A stretch of DNA of 64,000 bases from Candidatus Obscuribacterales bacterium (lineage in GTDB: Bacteria > Cyanobacteriota > Vampirovibrionia > Obscuribacterales > Obscuribacteraceae): contig CBDDIJ010000003.1 of assembly GCA_965228855.1 (NCBI GenBank), positions 3,520,001 to 3,584,000 on the forward strand, read 5' to 3'. The first letter of the stretch is position 1, and every line of letters starts with the position of its first letter. The notes beneath the pieces are model-generated. The model saw nothing but the letters and a program-made list of their open reading frames with translations. It did not search any database and was not told where the DNA came from. The translations under genes and the position numbers were made by a program. Of this stretch, positions 57,030 through 64,000 are shown piece after piece.

Positions 57030-57593
57030 TCAGTGAGCCAGTCTTTTTCTGATTTTCACGAAGTGCAGACCTTCGACAAGGGGCGTTACTCCGGGTGGAT
57101 TGAACGGCGCAGTCTCACCTGTTTGTTCATAGCCGAGCCGCATGTACCAGTCCATCAATTCTGGTCGACCGGAAACAACTTCGCCAACCATTTCCTTCGA
57201 TTCAAATTGCTCTACGGCGTATCTCTCAGCCCACGACATCAAAAACTTGCCGGCGCCAACGCTCTGAACATCGGGATCGACAGCAAGCATTCCAATATGA
57301 GAGTGGTCACCTTCTTGCGTGACGTGTATGCAACCTACCAGCTGCTTCTCAAGGCCGTCTCCAAGTTCTGCAAGCAAGATAACCTGGTCGGAAAGATCTA
57401 AAATCTTGTGCAATTCTTCGATGGTGATGCGCGGTCCCCGCACCAGATGCTCCTCTCCGGTCCACGACTTGGCCGACTGTTTACCGCCTCGAAAAGCGTA
57501 TTGGACGAGCCGCTCGACAATTTCAACATCATTGTGAGTGGCTATTCTGCCTGTCAAAACTTTCTGAGCTTCCGATGCGCTAGCCAATTTCAT
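57030..57593 (-). CDS. GNAT family N-acetyltransferase
   Basis: AFRG...SWTGE, IGMLAVDPDVQSVGAGK, WYMRLGY. Confidence 0.92.
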   Translation of the reverse strand: MKLASASEAQKVLTGRIATHNDVEIVERLVQYAFRGGKQSAKSWTGEEHLVRGPRITIEELHKILDLSDQVILLAELGDGLEKQLVGCIHVTQEGDHSHIGMLAVDPDVQSVGAGKFLMSWAERYAVEQFESKEMVGEVVSGRPELMDWYMRLGYEQTGETAPFNPPGVTPLVEGLHFVKIRKRLAH

Positions 57594-57778
57594 TCTCCAT
57601 GTAGAAATTCCAGGCAACCAAATTGGAGCCGTTTTATCTAGTACTCGGGCGCAACTTTGCACACCGGATAGCTACAGTGTAACAGCCGATGGCAAGCTTC
57701 AAGCAGTCAAGAGCTAATCGGCTCGCAATCGTGATAAATATGCAGGAGATCTTCCCGACGACCATATCTGGAGCCAAC

Positions 57779-58984
57779 ATGAAGAACATCGGTATCATCA
57801 CTTCCGGCGGCGACTGCGGCGGCCTCAACGGCGTAATTAAAGGCGCAGCTTTGACAGCCCTCAACAAAGGCATGACGGCTTACATCATCCCGAATGGCTA
57901 CGCCGGGCTTTACAATCTTGTAGATTTTTCGGAACTGACGAAACTTACGAAAGAGCGTGTCGAACAAATTCACGTCTTCATGGCAGGTAGTGAAGCAGGC
58001 AATTCGCGCGTAAAGGTTTCGAAAATCAAAGACGATAACAAATATGAGCGCATCAAAGAAGGACTGAAAAAATTCAACCTCGACGCGCTCGTAATCTCGG
58101 GTGGAGACGACACCGGTAGCGTCGTAAAGGACCTCGCGGAGAAAGGCATTCCATGCATCCATGCGCCGAAAACCATGGACCTCGATCTGATGCCTTACAG
58201 CGTAGGCGGCGACTCGACAATCAATCGCATCCAAGAAGAAATTCGCGACTTGAGAACAACTGGTCGCACGCATAATCGCATGATCGTTCTCGAAGTATTC
58301 GGAAGATACGCTGGTCATACGGCTTTTCGTGGCGGCGTTGCAGCAGACGCAGACGCGGTTTTGATTCCTGAAATTCCAGTAGACTTTGATGTTCTCTACA
58401 AACACGTCAAAGAAGCATTCATCAAGCGCGTTGAAGAAAGCGATGTTCGAGCCGGAACAGCAACCATCGTCGTCGCAGAAGGTTTGCGTGACGCAAGCGG
58501 AAACGAACTCGTCGACATGAATTCACAGCCCGATTCATTCGGGCACCGCAAGCTCATGGGCGCAGGTTCGTACGTTGTGAAACAAATCGAGAGCCGCGTG
58601 AAAGCGGACCCTGAAATCAAAGAGTTCATGAAACGCACGGGACAATTCGTTGAAGGCGTATACGAAATTCCGGAAGTCCGCGAAATTCGTCCAGGCCACC
58701 TCGTACGCTGCGGATTCTCTTCATCCGTGGATGCGAACTTCGGCATGGAAGCCGGCGCTGCGGCCGTAGAATTGATTTCGAAAGACATCTTCGGAGTCAC
58801 TGTCGTTTCATATCGTGGTGGCACCGTTCAATACATGGATGTAAAAGACGCAATCGTTCAACGCTTCGTCGATCCCAAAGACGTCGAGATGTTCGAAGGA
58901 CTCGGAATTAGCTTCGGCCGTACGCCCGTCAAAGCCGCACCGAAAGCAGAGAAAGTCACAGGCGTTCCAGTCCGGGTCTACTAG
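57779..58984 (+). CDS. pfkA: 6-phosphofructokinase (PfkA family), probably pyrophosphate-dependent
   Basis: TSGGDCGGLN, GGDDT, PKTMD, EVFGRYAG. Confidence 0.92.
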   Translation: MKNIGIITSGGDCGGLNGVIKGAALTALNKGMTAYIIPNGYAGLYNLVDFSELTKLTKERVEQIHVFMAGSEAGNSRVKVSKIKDDNKYERIKEGLKKFNLDALVISGGDDTGSVVKDLAEKGIPCIHAPKTMDLDLMPYSVGGDSTINRIQEEIRDLRTTGRTHNRMIVLEVFGRYAGHTAFRGGVAADADAVLIPEIPVDFDVLYKHVKEAFIKRVEESDVRAGTATIVVAEGLRDASGNELVDMNSQPDSFGHRKLMGAGSYVVKQIESRVKADPEIKEFMKRTGQFVEGVYEIPEVREIRPGHLVRCGFSSSVDANFGMEAGAAAVELISKDIFGVTVVSYRGGTVQYMDVKDAIVQRFVDPKDVEMFEGLGISFGRTPVKAAPKAEKVTGVPVRVY

Positions 58985-59005
58985 TTAGCAAGTTTAGGCA
59001 AGACG

Positions 59006-60007
59006 ATGATGGACTCTAAAGCCGCCGAGCTTCTGGAGGAAGCAATCGAGTTGCTAATTCTCGAGGAAGAGATTGAGGCAATAAAGAAACTCGATGAGGT
59101 CATTGCGCTCGAACCGAGTTGCGCCATCGCGTATCTTAAGAGGGCAAACGGGAAGCTCGAACTGCGAAGATTTGTCGACGCCTTAGAAGATTACGAAAAG
59201 GTTCTCGAGTTTGGACAGGAAGAGGCCGCTGCCAGTTTAGGCAAAGGCATTTGTCTGATGAAACGCATGGAATTCAGCACAGCCCACGAAGCTCTCAATC
59301 GCGCATTGGAATTGAATGGCGAATCGGCAACCGCCCATTATTGGTTAGGAAGAGCGAACTACGAACTTGAACACTACGAAACGGCGTTGGCTGAACTGAA
59401 TCGAGCCATTGAGCTACAGCCGGTCTTCACCGAAGCGCTCGCCTTTCGTGGTTTAGCAGAACATAAATTGGCACCATCTGAGCCACCATCCACTTATGAT
59501 ATATTTTCTCCGGACAACGAATATGAGTTCAATTTCTACAGAGACGCCCACCCGGTAGCGAGAGAAATTCTGGACCTTCCGTTCTTCTGGAGCTCTGACG
59601 ACTACAGCCCAGTGGGAGGAGATATTGGTTTTGATATTAGAGAAGACCTCTGGAGTTGGCGGCTCTATAACGCGAAAGCCTCAATGAAAAACTGTCTCCG
59701 CGAACTATTCATACGTTGGGGTTATGATTCTAAAGAGATTCGACAGATTGCTAACTCAAATCCAGACCACTGCGTGGATGCGAAACACCTTATTGCAAAC
59801 GTTCATGACGATGTGGTCATTGCAGTCGCATTCGTCCAATTCATGGTTGATGGCTATCTGGACAATTACATGAAGCAAGCCAGCTTCAACGCTATTGACC
59901 GGCAGCTATCGCCAACAGTATTAGAATTTAGGGCTGGCGATGACGAAAAATATGTTCGTTCTAGAAACCTAATAAGAGATGCTCTGAGGCAAATGCCGAC
60001 CAACTAG
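59006..60007 (+). CDS. TPR protein with YfeS-like C-terminal domain
   Basis: N-terminal TPRs; AHP...FFWSSDDYSPVGGDIGFD...IAVAFVQFMVDG; C-terminal family call is tentative. Confidence 0.8.
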   Translation: MMDSKAAELLEEAIELLILEEEIEAIKKLDEVIALEPSCAIAYLKRANGKLELRRFVDALEDYEKVLEFGQEEAAASLGKGICLMKRMEFSTAHEALNRALELNGESATAHYWLGRANYELEHYETALAELNRAIELQPVFTEALAFRGLAEHKLAPSEPPSTYDIFSPDNEYEFNFYRDAHPVAREILDLPFFWSSDDYSPVGGDIGFDIREDLWSWRLYNAKASMKNCLRELFIRWGYDSKEIRQIANSNPDHCVDAKHLIANVHDDVVIAVAFVQFMVDGYLDNYMKQASFNAIDRQLSPTVLEFRAGDDEKYVRSRNLIRDALRQMPTN

Positions 60008-60036
60008 TACAAAATTCATGCCGACTAAGTATTCAT

Positions 60037-60741
60037 ATGAACGAACACAATCAAATAGTGGAAGTGATTTATCGCGACCAGTTTATTGTCGCGGTCAATA
60101 AACCGTCCGGGATGATTGTGCATCGTGGATACGATCGCGATCTGGTTACCGTCGCCGACATCGTTCGCGACGACATCATTGGAGCGCCTGTTCATGCGCT
60201 TCACCGTTTGGATAGAGGAACGAGTGGCGTGCTCGTCTTTGCTCTTGATTCTGAAACCGCTCGCTTCCTTCAAGAAAAACTACAAGAGCGCTCCGTTAAG
60301 AAGCGCTATCTGACTTTGGTACGCGGACCAATGAAAGAAGGCTGCGTATTGGACCATGCCATACCTAATAAGAAGGATGGCGATCGAGTCGACGCCGTCT
60401 CCGAGTTCCGCGCAATAAGCCATGCCGGGCGATGGTCTCTGGTTGAAGCAATTCCTCACACCGGTCGCCTGCACCAGATTCGCCGACATTTAAAACATCT
60501 GAGCCATCATGTTGTCGGCGACGTACGTTATGGAAAAGGCGATGTAAACCGGTTCTTCCGCGACAATCATGCTTTCAGACGCCTTGCATTGCATTGTTTC
60601 GAGCTGACGTTGCCGCTGCCTAACGGCGCCGTAACAACCCTATCGGCCCCGGTTCCGGAAGACCTCGTCAATCTACTTATAAAGATGGCTTTGTTTCCCT
60701 CCACGGAGACGGAAACGGAGACCAAGCTCGCCCAGGATTAA
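60037..60741 (+). CDS. RluA/TruC-family pseudouridine synthase
   Basis: NKPSGMIVH, HRLDRGTSG, TGRLHQIRRH, GDVRYG. Confidence 0.95.
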   Translation: MNEHNQIVEVIYRDQFIVAVNKPSGMIVHRGYDRDLVTVADIVRDDIIGAPVHALHRLDRGTSGVLVFALDSETARFLQEKLQERSVKKRYLTLVRGPMKEGCVLDHAIPNKKDGDRVDAVSEFRAISHAGRWSLVEAIPHTGRLHQIRRHLKHLSHHVVGDVRYGKGDVNRFFRDNHAFRRLALHCFELTLPLPNGAVTTLSAPVPEDLVNLLIKMALFPSTETETETKLAQD

Positions 60742-60800
60742 GCGCGCCGGCATTGGCACATATCATATGGGCCGCACGACAAAACTCCGCGCACGAGATG

Positions 60801-60888
60801 ATTCCTCGCACGGCAGCACATAATTCCTCGGGCGGCATGACATAATTCCTCGCACGGCAGCACATAATTCTTCGGGCGGCATGACATT
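60801..60888. repeat. 22-bp tandem repeat x4 in ABAB order
   Basis: A=ATTCCTCGCACGGCAGCACATA (60801, 60845); B=ATTCYTCGGGCGGCATGACATW (60823, 60867). Confidence 0.92.
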
Positions 60889-61153
60889 ACACCCAGACCT
60901 ATACCTGAGGGGAATGCGCAACATCGCCATTCCAATCATGGTATGGATTCAAATCAAACTCTATGCCACAGCAGGAATTGCCGAGAAAAATCGGCTGAAG
61001 CACCGCTCTTTTTCTCTGAATCCTGAGCTACTTCTCATCAATATCAGACTGGAAACTGTCCGTTTTCGCCGAGGGAAACGGACAGCAAAGAGTCATGAAT
61101 ACTGCCTTTTGAGCTAGTCACAACTGTTCCACAGAAACAGCTGGAACACCTCG

Positions 61154-61179
61154 GGAACATCTTTCCCACCAGGTTGTCT
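61154..61179 (+). promoter_or_regulatory. Candidate ECF-sigma promoter GGAAC-N17-GTCT
   Basis: About 120 nt upstream of ATG 61301. Confidence 0.55.
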
Positions 61180-61300
61180 ATAAGCCCATTGGATGTTGCC
61201 CCAGGGGTGGGGTTCTAAAGGAAAATTCTGGGAACCGCTGCGGAAGCGGTGCCCGATGGTCTGCGGCGTTTCTCTCAATAAAGAAAAAGGAATTAGGAAA

Positions 61301-62479
61301 ATGAAATCGCACAAGTCGCCCTTCACACGGAGCATAGTCGCTGCGACACTTATCGTCGGTCAGGCTCTCTCCATGCCATTGCTCCCAGCATTTGCGGCTG
61401 ACAGCAACGTCACGCTGGCCGGCAATGCGGTTATGACGGATATTGCTACCGTCGGCAGCTGGACCAGCGCAAAACGGGCTGAACAGATTCAAAACAATCT
61501 CGACAACGCCCTGGTAGCAGCTGGTGATAAGTCACCAGGGGCGGTAGCAGTCACCTATGTAAAAGGAAGCCCGGTCATCACTCTCGGTGGCTATCAGGTA
61601 GCCACGGTTGATGCGGCGAGCGCAAGAGCTGCGGGCACGACCACAGCGCTTCTCGCGAAAAAATGGGCGGACAATCTGCGCCAGGCACTTGTCGACCAGG
61701 CCAGTGTTGAAGCCTATGTCGGACAAATCTCAGGCACCTATCAGGCATCTGCACCGTCAGTGATACCGTCAGCGCCAGCACCGAATGTGACACCGTCAAG
61801 ACAACCGCAAAGCCAACCACAATACCAACCTCCGCAAATGCAGGGAAGAGTAGTGTACGCTCCGGCAGGTCTGGTTATCCCAGTCACGCTGCAAACATCA
61901 ATCGCAACGGAAGTCGCTAAACCAGGCGACATGATTCAAGCTCAAGTAAGCCAAGCCGTAATTCTTGGCGAATCACAAATTCCTCAAGGGTCCGTCCTTC
62001 TCGGAACAGTCGTCGATGCATCCGCCGGCAGAATGCTCGGTAGAACAGGCGATCTGGAAATCAAATTCAACCGAATGAGAACAATGGATGGACAAGAGAT
62101 TCCGCTGACCGCACATATTATGGGCGGAATCGATAAATACAATGACAAAGGTGGTGACAAGTCCGACCAATTCGTGGGTGAAACCTGGAAAGGTAAGGCT
62201 GTTCAAGCCGGAGTCAGAGGTCTGATAGGAGCCGGTACCGGTGCAGCGCTCGGCACAGCCGTAGGCGCCATCGCTGGTGGTGGCAGAGGAGTCGGCAGGG
62301 GCGCTTGGTCAGGCACCGCAATCGGTGCAGGAGTCGGAGTCGCTCAAAGCCTCTTGCTCAGGAAGGGAGCCAACGTTCGCATCGCGAGCGGAACCCCGTT
62401 CCAACTCCAACTTGATGCTCCGCTCCAATTTGCGGTCCCAAACATGCAAGCTCCAGTAGCTTACACAGGAAACTACTAG
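61301..62479 (+). CDS. Secreted protein with TrbI/VirB10-like beta domain and glycine zipper
   Basis: Signal ending AFA-A; IPQGSVLLGTV...LEIKF; GAGTGAALGTAVGAIAGG. Confidence 0.82.
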   Translation: MKSHKSPFTRSIVAATLIVGQALSMPLLPAFAADSNVTLAGNAVMTDIATVGSWTSAKRAEQIQNNLDNALVAAGDKSPGAVAVTYVKGSPVITLGGYQVATVDAASARAAGTTTALLAKKWADNLRQALVDQASVEAYVGQISGTYQASAPSVIPSAPAPNVTPSRQPQSQPQYQPPQMQGRVVYAPAGLVIPVTLQTSIATEVAKPGDMIQAQVSQAVILGESQIPQGSVLLGTVVDASAGRMLGRTGDLEIKFNRMRTMDGQEIPLTAHIMGGIDKYNDKGGDKSDQFVGETWKGKAVQAGVRGLIGAGTGAALGTAVGAIAGGGRGVGRGAWSGTAIGAGVGVAQSLLLRKGANVRIASGTPFQLQLDAPLQFAVPNMQAPVAYTGNY

Positions 62480-62567
62480 ATTTTTCCAGAAGCGAAGTAA
62501 CTGGTTTATTCAGAAACCAAATCTAACTAGAAAGTGTGACTGATATAGACAAAGAACGACATTCTAA

Positions 62568-64000
62568 CTAAGTTTTCCGGCGCTGGGAGGGAGAGGTGTA
62601 TGCCTCTCTCTTCTGGCTTTGAGATTCTACAGATATAGATGCACAATTTATCAACACGACCACCGCATCGGTTGCAAGGTCAATGGTTCTAATCACTCTC
62701 TCGCTCTGAGCAACTCGAGTTTGCGCGACTTTGCCGACGAATTCTTTTCCATCGGCTACGAACTTTCGATATACATTCTCCCAGGCATCCTTCTGCTCTT
62801 CCTCATTAGACTTAAGCGACGCAAACCGATTGAGAGTCCCTTCACTCGCCTGTTTCAAGGAAGCAAGCTCCTCTGGAGTTAGAGGATCTGTTTCATTCTT
62901 GGCCAACCGGATGTACTGGCGTAACACTCTCTGTTCGAGCTTATCTAAATTACTAACGAGCGTCGTCGTGGGCTCGGTCTCCTCCGGCCTAATCGACCGC
63001 AAAAGTTCAGAGAGCGCATTGGCGATTCTAACAAAGTCTAAGCGATTCTCCTTCTCGACTTTGCTCCCAGGAAGAATCTCTAGCAACTCCTTTACGACTG
63101 TAATGCGTGCAACAATGGCTTCTGCTCTCGACAAATAGTCTTCGGCGAAGAGGTTGCGCAACTTGAGCCGTCGAAGTTCAAGTTCCGTATCACTGATCCG
63201 AATCTTGATCGAATCACGAACCTTAATAGCGTGCTCTCTATCGATAGAGTCAAGCTCTGCACCGTCCAGTGCCTCCGTCGACCGGGCAGAAAGTTCATCT
63301 ACTTCTCGTTTCTTGACGTCATATTCAGCTCGTTGCATCCACTTCTCTAAATCTGTGTGAAACCCATTGAGCCGCTCCTCCAAAACCTCTTCAAGCGATT
63401 GTGATTCACGAAACGCCACGTTTGCGTTATTCAATTTTTCAGAAAGACGCTCATGCGCGCTTTCGAGTTTTGGATCCAATTCGTAGCCGAATTTTTGAAA
63501 ACGCTTTGCTACGCTTGAGATTGGGGATAAAACCTTGTTGCGAACACCCACCAATGAATCCTCAAGCGAATGAATTTTTGCCACCCGCTTCTTCTGAGAT
63601 TCGAATTCACGAAAAACTTTACTTCTCGCGGCTAAAACCTTGATCTCACGTTCCGCTAAATATCTTGCCTGGATTTCCGAACTCTCGAGGTGCCTTCTAA
63701 GACGCGCGTCCCTAGCTTGTTCACTCATCCGCTGTTTGATTTCGTCAAGGATTTCGCTGGCACTTTGCTCCTCGCCAGTCTCAGGAGTCGAAGATGCATC
63801 TCCGGAATCTGATATTGCATCTCGTAACTCAGCCGCCTTTTTAAGTCGAATTTTTTCCAGCTCCTTTTCTCGCTCCTGCTCAGCGGCCTGAATTCGAGAT
63901 TTTACAGAATCGAGCTGCTCACGAAGACCAGAGACTTCCAGCCTCTTCGCTTCCAGTCTAGCTTGCACAGACTCCGGGTCGAAGGAAATCGCCGGACCTG
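62568..64000 (-). CDS. Coiled-coil hypothetical protein, 5' truncated by the window edge
   Basis: Frame stays open beyond 63968 to the window end; E/K/R/L-rich heptads. Confidence 0.8.
   Translation of the reverse strand, partial: GPAISFDPESVQARLEAKRLEVSGLREQLDSVKSRIQAAEQEREKELEKIRLKKAAELRDAISDSGDASSTPETGEEQSASEILDEIKQRMSEQARDARLRRHLESSEIQARYLAEREIKVLAARSKVFREFESQKKRVAKIHSLEDSLVGVRNKVLSPISSVAKRFQKFGYELDPKLESAHERLSEKLNNANVAFRESQSLEEVLEERLNGFHTDLEKWMQRAEYDVKKREVDELSARSTEALDGAELDSIDREHAIKVRDSIKIRISDTELELRRLKLRNLFAEDYLSRAEAIVARITVVKELLEILPGSKVEKENRLDFVRIANALSELLRSIRPEETEPTTTLVSNLDKLEQRVLRQYIRLAKNETDPLTPEELASLKQASEGTLNRFASLKSNEEEQKDAWENVYRKFVADGKEFVGKVAQTRVAQSERVIRTIDLATDAVVVLINCASISVESQSQKREAYTSPSQRRKT

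Noticed and set aside
57707..58405. Long antisense ORFs such as this 232-aa one, 6698..7321, 11864..12406 and 43182..43712
   Set aside because: Overlap well supported genes on the opposite strand and show no recognisable motifs
60801..60888. CRISPR array or Cys-rich peptide genes (60677..60865, 60738..60935)
   Set aside because: Units are contiguous with no unique spacers; the 22-bp period shifts frame, so the Cys-rich ORFs look like by-products
60914..61117. 67-aa plus-strand ORF after the tandem repeat
   Set aside because: RBS-like sequence abuts the ATG and the protein has no features; not supportable

Overview
Gene-dense bacterial chromosome segment with about 60 CDS, both edge genes truncated. 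I found no rRNA, tRNA, CRISPR array, transposase or prophage. Many secreted and TPR hypothetical proteins, a cyanobacterial-type ECF sigma factor, HlyD and TolC, and no photosynthesis genes in the window suggest a non-photosynthetic relative of Cyanobacteria (Vampirovibrionia/Obscuribacterales-like); this is inference only. Content: general-stress-type genes (OsmC, Gfo/Idh/MocA, stand-alone LigD polymerase, YhfW-like, CBS), a divergent nucleotidyltransferase/metallophosphoesterase pair, a two-gene Mo-bisPGD + 4Fe-4S/NrfD complex lacking a Tat signal, a MocR regulator, crcB-DUF190, cdd, a PPi-type PFK, and a TetR-HlyD-ABC-TolC efflux locus. Best hidden signals: (1) a recurring GGAAC-N17/18-RTC ECF-type promoter upstream of seven genes, including two small ORFs; (2) a MerA-like reductase that ends where MerA carries its Cys-Cys pair, transcribed divergently from a 58-aa charged peptide ending in GGCCGG; (3) a Rieske oxygenase fused through a signal-peptide-like segment to a TPR domain; (4) the same 20-bp operator upstream of both the ABC operon and the convergent tolC; (5) a paired REP-like hairpin and a 22-bp ABAB tandem repeat. 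Start codons were adjusted by eye using RBS and family context. All family calls come from motif recognition, not database searches.
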